In this document: piece after piece, positions 50,035 through 62,982 of the stretch | Layout of the letters: every line of letters starts with the position of its first letter | Numbering within the stretch: position 1 is the first letter of the stretch | Source: Balanoglossus misakiensis | Taxonomy: Eukaryota > Animalia > Hemichordata | NCBI GenBank assembly: GCA_040954595.2 | Contig: CM082591.2 | Location: 3,767,957 to 3,831,956, forward strand | Length of the DNA stretch: 64,000 nt | Direction: 5' to 3' | The notes under the pieces: generated by a model | Databases searched by the model: none | Told to the model about the DNA's origin: nothing | What the model saw: the letters and a program-made list of their open reading frames with translations, nothing else | Program-made: the position numbers and the translations under genes

Positions 50035-53000
50035 ATGGCAACAAAGCGGAGCATCGCCACTGATGAAGATGATGTGGTGAAGCGGGAAAAGTCGGAGAGC
50101 GACGAGGACGGGGCACGAATGAACGGACAGGAACCGGACCTTCCGCAAAGGTTGGTCATCCGGAACAGCCCGGAGAAAATCATACGGGAAAAGAGACACC
50201 TGTACGAGAGTCCGGGCAGCGAGGGGACGGACGACACAGACGGTGTCGGGAGCACGGCGGCCAACGGCTTCAATAACAACCAGCGACAGAACGGCCCGAG
50301 TAGCCTCTCCATCTTCCAGAAGGAGCGCCAACTGGAGGAGATGATCCACCAGCTGCAGACGCTGCGGGAGCAACTGTTGGCTCAGCAGCAGGAGAGCAAC
50401 GAGATGCAGAAGAGCCAGCTGCAGAAGCAGCAGCAGCAGATCGAGATCCAGCGGCAGCAGCAGGAGATGATCCAGATGCAGCAGCAGCAGCTGCTGCAGC
50501 AGCAGCAGAAGATCCAGCTGCTGCAGCAGCAGATCCAGGAGCAGTCGCAGAACTCGTCCAACCAGTTCGTCCGGCTCATCCCCGTCTACCCGTCGGACTT
50601 AGCTCATCTTCCAAACGCCGCCGGCGGTCTGGGCTCACTGCCAGACGGGCTGCACCACCCGGGCATGGTGGTGCGCCCGCAGACCTCGCCCAAAGTCGAC
50701 CCCCGGCAACCGAGCGTCATTGTGGACAAGTCCAAGGGCATGATCGGCGGGGGGCCGTCGTCGCTGTCGCGGCGATCGCCCGACCACAACCCGACGACGT
50801 CGTCCCCCCACGGGGGCCACCGCGGCCACCACTCGCAGGGACTCTTGACCATCCCCACGGTCACCCCCACCCCGCAGGCCATCTCCTCCACCCTGGGAGC
50901 CAAGAGCGCCCTGCAGAACCTGCTCACCACCCCGCAGCCCCTCAACCTCTCCAAGCCCTCGAAGGCCAGCGACATGGAGAAATCGCTGCCCTCCACCATG
51001 TCCCCGCTCAGCATCGTCTCGCCCAAGATCTCCACCACAACTCCGGAAACGTCGAAACTCGCCCAGGCCCTGTCACCGACTCGTTACATGGTCCACGAAC
51101 CAGACATGGTGACAGAAGCCATCCGCCAAGCCAGACAGCTGAAACATAAAACAGAATTAGAAAGGATATTGGGTATGTACTATTATTTCTAGTTCTACAC
51201 CCTGCAGTACAAATTGAAGCTCTTTTTCTTGTGTAGCTATCATTAGGCTAACAATGGTTTAGTTTGATGAAAGATCATATACAACATTTTCATTTTATAT
51301 TTCCAACATTGGCACTGTAGCTGAACAAAAATCCTTATTGCTGGTTGGCTGAAGTCATCTTCATGCAAATGATTTGTAGATTTTTGAACAAGATTTCATT
51401 GAATCTGATTGGTTATCCTAGAGTTCTTAATTTTTGTACGAAATTTGCAATTTCTAGATTTTAGCACAAGTTTCTGGTTTCCCATTGACTTCCAATCGTA
51501 GCTTTCTAAAATTGCTACATGTATAGATTTTGTCATCTTTGCATGGTAGTAAAGTACAGGCGTGTCTTTCGCGTGTGAGAAGAGAAGAAAAACAAGCATT
51601 TCGCTTTACTTTGAATGATATGAGTTGCGGGAAAACTTTAGGCGACCACAAAAGAATCACCGAGCCTAATTGACATTGCGTCAATCATGGACTTGGGGTC
51701 ACAAAATTACTTTTTATCCCTCAGCTTGATTAGAGAAATGAAAGAAGTCGTCGCGGGCTTGGTAACACTTAAGCTCGCCTGGCCCATTGTGTAGTTTTAA
51801 TTACGTTGAATGTCAGAAACGGCAACGTTGTCCCTAAATAGATCAATACCATTCTGCGCAGCGAAGGGCTACGCCCCACGTTTTTCACCCCGTGTCACAC
51901 GTGTCAAGTGTCGCCGATGATGTCGTCGTCTTGTCGTTCCATTACGGCGCGCAGTTTCATTCGGGCTTAGAAAGCCGATTGAATAAGTGCCATGATACGC
52001 TCAATAAAATAATTCTGGCACGATGTAATATTGTTTGTCGTTCACTTCCTTTTATGAGCGGGTCTTGTTCTTGCACAAAAGGAAATTGGCTTTAAAAGTA
52101 TGAAAGCAAGTAGGCTAGGTGTCCCTTTTCATGGTGGAGTCGTATTGTCACGACAGCGTGTTTTCGTAGTTTTTTCTTAAGCATATTTTTTATTGCATGG
52201 TTATATACCCGAGGTGTGTTGTTAAGTTCTGAGCACAATTCTGAGGAAAATGTCTTCTGGGGTAAGAATGAGCCAAGTTGCCATCTTGCCCTTGCAGACA
52301 AAATATGAAAATCTGCCTTAAGCATTTAACAAAGACAGTATCTCTTTAAGCATCTATGGATGCCTTAATGTGAACATTTTTAGACAAGGAAATAAGATTT
52401 ACTGACAGAACTTTGGGGGATTAAATCCCTTTGGTCTTGGCATGTGCATGTGTCAATTATCTCCTGATCACAGCAGCCACCAAGTCAAGATATTCCAGCG
52501 ACGCTTTTTGTAGTTTTCCCCAAATAAAACCCCAACTGGCTTATCAGCAATGGAGGTTTTGCATTTGCCTCTCCATTGTGGGAAACCTATAATTTTGTGG
52601 CTTGTGCGGAGATTTCAGAATTCAGCACCCGGGGAGACGGACACTGAAGGCATCTCAAAAGAGCTGATTAATTCATCAATTTATTTGAAGGCATTCTCAG
52701 CGCGCTCCGCATTTGAATTTCATGAGCTGTTCCAGGCATACGCACACAAAGCAAGATGTCCCTTCAGAGAGCATCTCTCCCCCTGTCGTCACACAGCGCA
52801 ATATTTGCAGGCATTCTCATAAATGAGGCTTGGGTCTGGCAATTTGCTCTGTTTGGCAGTTTTTGCATATGGATGACGACCCTTGATTTCACAACTTGTA
52901 GAAAATTGACTTCATTTTGCATATAGTTTTTCTGATGATTCATTTTACCGCAGAATAATTTACAGACATGTTTTGTACAACACATTTTCTTTGTATTTAA

Positions 53001-56000
53001 GAGAGAATGGCTTGTGATGAACTTGCAGATATAGAGACTTCTGGACCTGAAGACCAATCTTGTGCAAGTTATGTGCAAATGACATGCTAATTAGTCAGCA
53101 TGTTGGTCAACAGTTCAAGGGAAAATTTTCACAATTTCTAACAATAATACCAATATTTATTTGGCAGCTCATGGGCTTTAATGGGCTCAGCTCTGGTGTG
53201 CCCAATTGGTGGCACTACACCACCATGCATTCCAAGAACCATCACCCGTGTACTATAGTGAACTGACTCGTCCCATTGTCCTCTCTCTCTCTCTCTCTCT
53301 CCGGACAGGCCAAAGCAAAGAGCAAGCCACATCTCCGAGCACTGCCAGCACCAGCAGCTCCATGAGCAGCAGCTCCAGTAATGACAGTAAGGTAAATCTT
53401 GCCACAGATAGGGAAAAAATCGCACTAGAGGCACTGGCGCACCAGTTGTGCCTGCGAACGTCCACCACCACCACCTCCTCCTCCTCCTCCTCCTATGCCA
53501 CAGGTGATGTAGAGAAAGCCTACCAGCCATCGCATGTTTACTCCTCTCTGGGACATAGTAACCAACAGGTATGAATCTGCACCTTTAAAGGGACATCAGC
53601 TGTCACTTTTGGCTACATTTGCAGGGTTTTTGTTCTGTGTATCAGATGCAGTTTCTTGGTCTACTCCAGACAGCATGCTGATATACCCAGTGCTCAGCTT
53701 ATCAATACAGCCTGTATGTGTGTAACTGACATTGACATTGTCAACAGGTGAATTCTAGTCCGGACTTGAATTCAAATTTTGCACAATAACAATGCTGACT
53801 ATACACATATATGTTGTGTTGATAAGGCATTTCATCGTGCTTCAGGGATTTGAACAAGAAACTGCAGCAGATACAGAAAACAAAAATACTGAAAACATGG
53901 CGAAAAGTTACAGCTAATGGAGCTTTAAAAAAACGTGAGATTATCCATCGTGAAATTCATTCTCATATCCTGACTAAACTTTTTGTTTTTTTAGTGTAAT
54001 TCACTGATTGAAGGGTTTTGGACACTGCACTGCATAGCATCTTCAAGAGTTTGTGTTTTATCTCGGTTTCAGTCTTTTCCTCAGAGCAATGCAAGCATGG
54101 TGGCCTTCACTCTTTAGTTTTGGCGAAAACAATAGAAATTCATTAACACAACAAATGCATTGTTACGCAAAACAGGTTTAGCAATTCCAATGGGAGAACA
54201 ATAGGTTAGGAAAATGCTTGTTTGTGATACTGTCACCTCTTTCCGGATACTAGTAATTAAATAACGCATGTACTCTTTGGGATGGCTAGCTCTCTGTGAC
54301 AGACAGATGATACATGCATAACATTCAGGTCGTGCTATCTAGTTAAAAGAATGGCAGAGACTTAGCAGAATTCTTGCTGTTTATGGTAGATTGATTTCTG
54401 CATGTATGTGTATTATCTGCCAATCCACAATAGAGTAGAGCTCTAACTCCTTGATCGTTCATGTCACGTGAGTCAAAACTGAAAAATCAACCATCATAGC
54501 ATCCCTGCCCTTCTGTATGTAACAGATGCTCAGCTAAGATGCAAATATGTTGCCAGCTATAATATGATTTAAACCATATGGTGCAATATAAACGTATTTC
54601 TAAACCAAATTCAGTGGTACTCCAATCCAAATCCCACCCCAAACAAAATTCAGTCATCCAGAATAACAACATGTGCCACACGTGGACCAAGTGCTGAAAT
54701 AAAGCACATGGTCTTTAGAATTATTTGCACTGAAATTTCACTGGAAATATTTGTTATCAAAAAATGCATTGTACACCTGGTGTCCTGTAATTATATCCCA
54801 AGACAAGTGTCCCTTGTGTAGCATAGACACAATTACTGGAGACAGCAGATGCCAAAGTGACTTGTTAAATTATCGAATTCTTCTTCAACCATTATCAACA
54901 TGACAACATAAACTGGTGTTGTATAAAAATGCCATTAAGTGCCATTTATGGAGACTTTTGAAACTGATGCAGTGCAGTGTATAGTGCCCTCTATCATGAG
55001 ATTTGTTTGCCAAATACCACCTATTTGTAGAGCAACTTTGACATAAAGTTCTTCAGTAAAACTAAAAGAAAAATGAGAATGGATAATCTCCTATGCATGT
55101 CACGTCATTTTTTTTGTTTTATATTTTTGCATTTTATTGTGTTTTTATTTAATGCAATTGATTTGTGCAATATTATGATGTCATCGGATACCAGATGGGT
55201 CACTGTGGGTCAAAGGTCACAGGTTGTGGAATGCCTATACAGATCAACAGGTTGCCATTTCTGATTAAGAGGCACACTACTTTTAAAGCATGCCTGCCCT
55301 GTGTGCATGTGCACATACTTGCAAAGCATGGGCGTTTCATATTGCATGGCCGATATTTTGCATGAGAGCCTGGCTATGGATTGTTCTATATCATCACGAT
55401 CGCCCTTTCTGAATCGTCCCTCAAAACCTGCACGCACTCTCCCAGATAGCAGCAGATTATTGGCCAACCGGTGGACACCACACATTTGATTTGCAAATTT
55501 CATAATCCTTGCTGCTGATTGGCCGACGTCCTCAGTTTGAATTTCCAACATCTCTAAAATCCGATGCTGATTGGTCAGTGTCATCCATTGGAATCATGTC
55601 AACCAATCACAAGCACTGTTGTAGAGATGGCAGCGCAGGACATAGCTCCTGTCTGTCCAGTATTTCATGCATTCTCCCGGGGGAGATTGCATGTTGATTT
55701 CTGTTTTTGGCATCACGTTCTGATTCAACTACATGAGATCAGAAAGGTCATTCAAGGTCAAGGGAATTAAGATTCAAATTCAGAGTCATGAGATGAGAAA
55801 GTTCACGTTTCTGATTCATTATTATGATGATTCGAATTAATTAAAGGTCGTTACAGTGAGACTCAAGAAGTTCCAGTAATTGGAAAGGCCACTTTATTCT
55901 ATTACAAGCAGATTCTGCTTGTTTTGTATGCATAGGCCATCGTCAGTCAGTGTAGAAAAATTCAGAATCATGTATTTTGAAAAGGTTGACAAATTTGGTT

Positions 56001-57461
56001 TCTGATTGGTGATGGCACTGTCAATGAAATTAGAGAATGAAATTCAGTTGAAATTCACAGTCCTTGTCTATCAATGGATGGTGTCAGGATTTTTTTTGGC
56101 GTTTATCTACTGCAGTTTCTTGTTCTACTGCCTATGGCATGCTCAAGTGCCCAGTATGTCTACATACCCTGTACCATGTGAAGAAGACAATGCCCTGAAA
56201 ATCAGGTTCAGATTCTTGTCGTAAGACAGGTCATTCCGAGTCGTGGCATGAATGAATGAATGAAACAATAACCATTTCCACTGCCTTTTCTCTCAGGGGA
56301 TGAAGGACAGAATGATGATCGACCTGACAGACGAAGACGAGCGAAATAAACTTGAACAGTGTAAGTGTAAACTGAGTTTTTGCCACTGTTAGTAACAATC
56401 GCCACTGAGGGCGCTATCAATGTTTAATTCTTCCTGAAAATAATCGCCCGCACTACTTTTAACCCTCTCACCCCATTTCCCTATGGACAAGTCCATTCTT
56501 ACTATTATGAACAGTGGTGTGTTGGACCAAACCATTGTGGTGAAAGGGTGAATGATGATTGATGTGCATCTCTTTACGCACAGTGTCTCCGGGAAGCGCA
56601 ACTATCGCACGGATGTATCGCGACGGGAGGCGCTACCAGCCGAATGAACCCCACATCAAACGACCAATGAATGCTTTCATGGTGTGGGCCAAAGAAGAAA
56701 GAAAGAAGATATTATCAATGCATCCTGATATGCACAACTCCAACATAAGTAAAATACTCGGTAAGTCGTTAAGATTTGCTACAGAATTTTTAAAAAAATA
56801 TTTAGTTTTGTTCAGTTTTCTGTGGAAATTGTTTCTTTTAATTTGGGAGATAAATTTTGTCACAATTCTGGCTACCTTAAATAGGGTTTAGCTACCTAGG
56901 TGAGTGATGAAAATCTCATGGGTGATACAATTTCAAGATGGCCGATTTTTGTCACGTTTAAGACGTGAAAGTTCATAAGCTCAAGTGATACTGGGTCATT
57001 CTGAAACTTTGTCACAGAAAGAGGGAAGCTAGAATAGTTCTAAACATTTGCATTAACAATTTATTTTGTTGCCAGGTGCCAAATGGAAAAACATGTCCAA
57101 CCAAGACAAGCAGCCGTACTACGAGGAGCAGGCCAGGCTAAGCAAGGCGCACTTGGAGCGGTACCCCGACTACAAGTACAAACCGCGCCCCAAGCGCACG
57201 TGCATAGTCGACGGCAAGAAACTGCGAATCAGTGAGTACAAGGCGCTGATGAGGGCCAAACGTCAGGAGGTGCGGCACGTGCTGTACACGAGCGAAGCGC
57301 AGCGGATCGCCGTGCAGCAGGCCCTGGCGTCTATGCCCAACCAGCCGGTCATCCGCTCCATGTCGGCCAACTCGCCCATCATGGATCATCCGTACTTGAA
57401 CTCGCCGGAGGGCATGGACGTGCACCACAACATCAAGGAAGAACCGGGAGAAGAGGCATGA
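50035..57461 (+). CDS. SoxD: SoxD-group HMG-box transcription factor (SOX5/SOX6-like), 674 aa, spliced
   Basis: Coding exons 50035-51172 (acceptor at 50028), 53309-53568, 56297-56360, 56584-56760, 57076-57461; phases 1/0/1/1 are consistent, total 2025 nt. Contains a Leu-zipper/Q-rich coiled coil ([23 protein letters not shown]...LLQQQIQ), PLNLS motif, IDLT motif and the HMG box [22 protein letters not shown]...ISKILG|AKW...[20 protein letters not shown], with the SoxD-typical intron at KILG. Confidence 0.96.
56297..56360 (+). CDS. SoxD: 64-nt SoxD exon [21 protein letters not shown], not shown in the ORF track
   Basis: tctcag acceptor and gtaagt donor; needed to bridge phase 0 (53568) to phase 1 (56584); carries the SoxD-conserved IDLT motif. 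Confidence 0.88.
56459..56553. mobile_element. Short (about 95 bp) piggyBac-like MITE in a SoxD intron
   Basis: TTAACCCTCTCACC...TTGGACCAAACCATTGTGGTGAAAGGGT; related inverted copy at about 35105-35197 and degenerate copy at about 60917-60990. Confidence 0.55.
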
Positions 57462-60400
57462 GGAACAGAACTAGCACCTCTGTTATCGCCCTCTCAGTAG
57501 AACGAGAGAAAAAAAAGTGTAGCGAAAAAAAAGTTGACACATTGTTGTGAATTGTATACAAATTGTAGCATGAAATGTACACTATTGTAATGTATCTAGA
57601 AATTGACAAAGTGTTTACAAACAATGAGTATGTGTAACATACATGTACGTTGAAATTTAACAATAATTGTTAAGATGTCGAAAATGACAACATTGTTGAG
57701 AGTGTTTTAAAATTGACATAATAATCGTGGAAAGTGTGAAAATTGACCGAATTGTGCAGAATTTGTGAGATTCTCATCTAGTAGGTGTAGATAGGACATT
57801 CACTAAAAATTGTAAAAAATCGGACTAGAGTGTATAGAAAATTTTATTAATTTCTTGTAAGAAAGATTGAGTACAAGCCAAAATTGCAACTTTCTGACTC
57901 CTTCCTTACAAACTGACCAAAATAACAGAAGTTAGCGTTTTATCTTCGTTAGAAGTAAAAAGTTGTACGCAGTAGAAGAGTAAAACGTGTGACTTGCATT
58001 GACTGGAATTTGTATAGCATTCTTCATACAATAGTTGCGGCATGTACCAAAATTGTAAAAAAAAAATATCTCAAAAACATTCTTAGTTATGTGTAAAACA
58101 ATATTTAATGTAAAACTGAAATCTCGTTTTATATCTTACTAAAGGCAGGGATGTACTTACTTTGGCATGGTCCTGTCATCCCCCGTGAATTCCGGTGGAG
58201 TGCAGTGTTCCCCATTGTGTGTGCATGGTCAGGTGGACCATTCCATGTGGAACTAGGGGAGTACAGGATGTTATTTCACTGTCTGTCTTTGGTAGCAGGT
58301 GTTTGTAGATTACACTGGAACTGTAGAATGTTAAAATCGATTTCTTAACTCGATGCCAGAAACATGCATCAGATAAGTGTGTCTGATACTGTCACCCCTA
58401 ACTTGTGTAATGAATTGTGTAAGGAGTTTTAGATTAAGGAGCGTAGCTCGTCTCACACGCATGTTCCAACTGTAGCCGCTGGTTACAGACGTTTAGTGAA
58501 CAGTCAATCCCATAAGGCAGTGCTCACACAAGATGGCGGCGTCCATAATCTGTGTCGGAGATAGGGAAAAGACACTAGCTTGGGTGAAAAGGAGGGACAA
58601 AACCAGAATCTACTTATACGGTGCGCATGAAATATGGAAGGAAGCGAAGGCAGACCACTATTTGAATGCATCGAACGGAAAATTTGCTGGGAAGTTACAC
58701 GCATGCGCGTGAGACGAGCTAGTCGCTTTAATCTCACAGTTCAGTGTAATCTGCAAATAAGGTGCAAAGACATTACTGATGAATAGAAGACTTTCTCAGT
58801 ACGCTTCTCATCCTGTCTCCCCACAGAGGGCACTGTTCAACTGACCGCTGACATGCAATCTTTTACTTAGAAATAGCTTTAAAAAGTGATGAAAGAAGGC
58901 TCTCTAAAATATTGAGTATATTTCTGAACCAGTATTCAACTGTATTACAAGAGTACTTACTGATATGAGAAAAGTGTATACTTTCTAAAAGTATTTTCCA
59001 GCACCAAACAGAAACTTTCATGCCTATAAGGACCAAAAAGTCTTGAACATTACTCACTTTTCTGTCATTTCAATATGTTTTTTAACCTGATGAGAAAAAA
59101 AATTGCAAATCCGAGAAAAATATCTGTTAAATCAGATATCACTGAGAGAATGTTCTGCCAGTTTAACATGAAAGAAAGGGCATCTAGCTAAACTCAACTC
59201 TGCCATATAGAATTTTTATCCAAAAAGATATATAATAGAGAAGATTTTTTTTAAAAGTCTAATATTTCTTTTGTGTGAGTAGCATTTTAGTTTGATGAGG
59301 ACAGAGTCAATTGCAAAATCTCAGCTTCGACTGCCATGAAGAGTAATTTTTTAAAGACTATTCATTGATTGTTTTTGAGGACTCATACTGCCGCAAAGTG
59401 TTAAAAGATAATCATTTTGGATGACTTATCGAACGGTTTCTGTTTAGGGTATTTTTGTAATGATTTTCAGATTGCCAGTGTTACTTCTTCACGTTGACCA
59501 TTGGGGAAAACCTGATATGAATATTTTCCGATTTACAAAATCCAAAAAATTTCAATGAATGCAGCTCTGTCGAAACAACTGAACAGGTACCTTTTGAGAA
59601 TTTGAATATTTTTATTGTATTGTTTCTAAACCCCCCCCCCCCCCCCCCCCCCCAAGAAAGACACACAAAATCTGGCGGATTGATCCAGTTCAAACCAGTT
59701 CTAACCAGTTTGATCATTCTGAAAAATCAGCTCTTCCTTGCACAAGACATTGTGCAAATGCATACAAAGTTGTTTATGGGGGGAACTGGTTTGAAGTGGT
59801 CAAAGCCATGTCAGAGAGCAGTGATTGTCATGTTTCTCGACTTGACTACCTTGGAAGAATTGTTTGTTTACTTTTTAGTTGGTAAACAACAAACAGGCGT
59901 CACATGTCCCCCTATATTTTTATAGTGTTTCATTTGTAGATTTTGTTCCCGACTTTTCAGAAATCATTTGAGAAAAATACTGCAATTATTGCATGGACCT
60001 TGTACTGCCAGGATGTATTTAATAGAAGATGCCAGTGTTTTATTGTCATATATTTGTAAATTTAGTCTCAAAGTTTCAAACTCTATAAAAACTAAAACAA
60101 TTTCGAGCATGAGTTTACTTTCTGATGGGATAATTTATGTTTGTCTCTCAGTCAGTCACATGACCAAATCTGTCCAATCAGAAGTCCATTTTAAACTTAG
60201 TAACACCAAATATGGAAATCTGTTTAGCATAAGATTAACATAAACAAGTGTACTAACCAATCAGAACTGTGGATTCTGATCATTATTATGAAAGCTGTAT
60301 AGAGATTCATTATGATCTACATTGTTTTCTTTTGTTTTCTTTACTTTGTTTGATTAGATTTTTATAAGTATAATTGCAACATATTACATTTAATTCAGGT

Positions 60401-62300
60401 AAAAATTATTGTTTTTATTGAATTATGAAAGAAAAATACTAATTTTGAGTATAATTAATAAGAATGCAAATTAGAGGATAAAAGAGCATACACATTGTAT
60501 ATTTTCAGTTAGTAACGTGTGGGCAGAGAGTTTTATTTTTGTAGCGTGGTTGTCGAGACTCTAAAATGAGACAATGCAGTTATTCATGAATCTTAAATGA
60601 TTAGGTGCCAAATGTTACTTAAATACTTTCAAAAATTAACGACTTGAAATAACGAAAAAACCAAGCTTGTCTTTGTGCCATGTCACCAATGTTTTTCTTC
60701 TGTACACGTCCCTCAGCCAGGCATTATCCTCCCCTCTTCTAGAGATGGAGTCTTCCGTTTTAAATTGTGTGTGGGAGCAACTACTTTTTGTGTAGGGGGT
60801 AGCGCACAATACATGCTTTTTCTGTAAGACGATATTTCAGACACGGCAGAGGGTAAAGTAAAAAAAAAAGATGTGGACTGTTTTCTTTGCCGAGAATTGA
60901 CAAAAAATTGACCATGTTAACCCTTCTCACCCCTCTTTCCCCTGTGGTGAAGGAATGGGGGGTAGAGGGGAAATGAGAGGGAAAGGGTTACTATATTTCA
61001 ACATGCTCTGCAACCTTATAATATTTAGTGCTTCGCTCATCTGAAAAAGTCCAGTTATTTGATCCATTTTGTTGTAGGTGTGTAATATACTATTACTGAC
61101 TTTCATGAAGGTTTTTTTCGCATTTCAATTTCTTTGTAGGTGGTTGGTGCTAAGTAGTTGAAAACAGCTCATTATCAATGTGATTTTTATTTTAAAACAG
61201 CCTGCCCCCTCCCCCGTATAAACGTACCATCAGTGTTTCAGTAGGAGTGGAACAAACCATTATTTGTCAGCAGGTGTGAGTTATATATGCAGGGTGAGAC
61301 ATGGAACTCGTTAAAACTGGCGTTGATGAACATCTATGAACACTTCCCTTTTAAGGTTCAGTTCTGAGGACCTGCTTTATGAAGATTACACGGAAGCGCC
61401 CGTTTAATTGGCTGACCAAAATCAGCTGACCATCTCATTACCATAATTTATGTAAATAAAGAACCCCAGAGATTATGATTTTTGAATTTGATGTGAACAG
61501 TAGAAAAATCATTTACGTAGTACAATTCTCAGGAATGATATAAAGATAGCAATTAAAACTTCTAGATAAAATTATATATGTGGTAGTGTTTTAGAAACAA
61601 GAGCCTCCCAAAGATGTGTTTTATTGGATAATGTTTGGGTCAAAGGTCAGAAGCTGTAACCTCACACGTCTCACCCCTTTCACTATGCATTTGGTACGAT
61701 CCAACTGTCAACTATTCGCAGATCTTACCTCTGTAACTTCAATTGTGTTTTAATTCTGAAATTTTGTGAAACTCCCCCCAGCTCAGCTTTGAAACAATTA
61801 AGTCGTGTGTGTTTCTTTTCTGTTTGAAACTTCTTTCCTCCAACTTGAACTGTCCTGGCTGGTGACATGGCAAAGGGTGGTGTCTGACTTACTAGTTTAT
61901 TTGGTATGTTTTATCTCCACTAGACTTTCTGAAAAGTGTAGATGAAATACCTGTAGAGGGGATGGGAAAATGGTTACTAGACTTTTTTTTCAAAAAAGTG
62001 TTTTGGTATTGTTTTATCCATTGTACTATAGTGCTACTTATATGTCGAAACAATTGTGAAGTGACAATTTCGAGTTTCTCATTAGTGTAAGACTGTCATG
62101 TCAAGTTTAGTTTGGCAAGAATTATCATCGGGGCCAGTCAGCTTGCTTCTTAGACACTGGTTTATTTTTGTAGAGTTTCTTTTGTTATTTATGTTACTAT
62201 GGTAACGTGGATCACTGCCAAGGTAGAGTTCTTTTTGTAGATATCCCATCAGTTGAAGGGAGTCATCTAGGTTAAATAAAGTGCGCCACCTAGTGTTACT
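57462..62300 (+). other. Putative long SoxD 3'UTR (about 4.8 kb)
   Basis: AT/TG-rich non-coding stretch after the stop codon; candidate AATAAA at 62275-62280 followed by a T-rich tract; long 3'UTRs are typical of SoxD genes. Confidence 0.5.
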
Positions 62301-62982
62301 GCCATCACAAATTGTCTGCGTTTGTTTTTATGTCATATACATATACAACACATGGCACATAACAATACAAATGACATTTTTTTTCTATTTCTCGGTTGAT
62401 ACTTTTTTTTTATTTCTCGACTTAACAATACAATTAAAACTGGGAGCATTCAAATACTAGTGGTCAACTGTTCGGGTCAATGTGTGCCCAGAATGCATGT
62501 ACACACAAATCTGCATTTCCATCAAATGAATACTCCAAACCCAGACAAGTAAAGGTAAAGTTTGAGGCTTCTATTGTTTTGAACAAGTTGATGCCATTAA
62601 TTCACTTGACATCTTCATTTTTTTTAAAAATCAAACAGCGAGATAACTTGAAACCAATGGCAATTTATTAGGCCCTACAATCACCAATGAAACTGGCAAT
62701 TGCTGGTAGCGAGAGATCTCGGTACATAATTAATTCGCCAGTTTTTTTGGCTAAATTCTCCTTCAAACGAATTCTAGTGCGAAGATAAACTGTAGTAACG
62801 TCAAATTTCTCGAAATACGAAGTGTCTTTTTGTTGTGAAGACACAACATGGGTGTGTTTTATTGGCGATGTTGAGGAGTCGATTAGAGTTCAAATGAGGT
62901 CATCCAGTTCTTCGTGGAACAGGTCACATGACGACGATAAGGTCACCCACAACACAACTACCCAAGAGATCGTTATACCAGA

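Noticed and set aside
49960-51038. Several antisense ORFs, including a Cys-rich one
   Set aside because: Shadows of the GC-rich, CAG-rich SoxD exon
26940-52590. Scattered Su(H)/CSL GTGGGAA sites
   Set aside because: Number seen is about what chance predicts; no paired arrangement noticed
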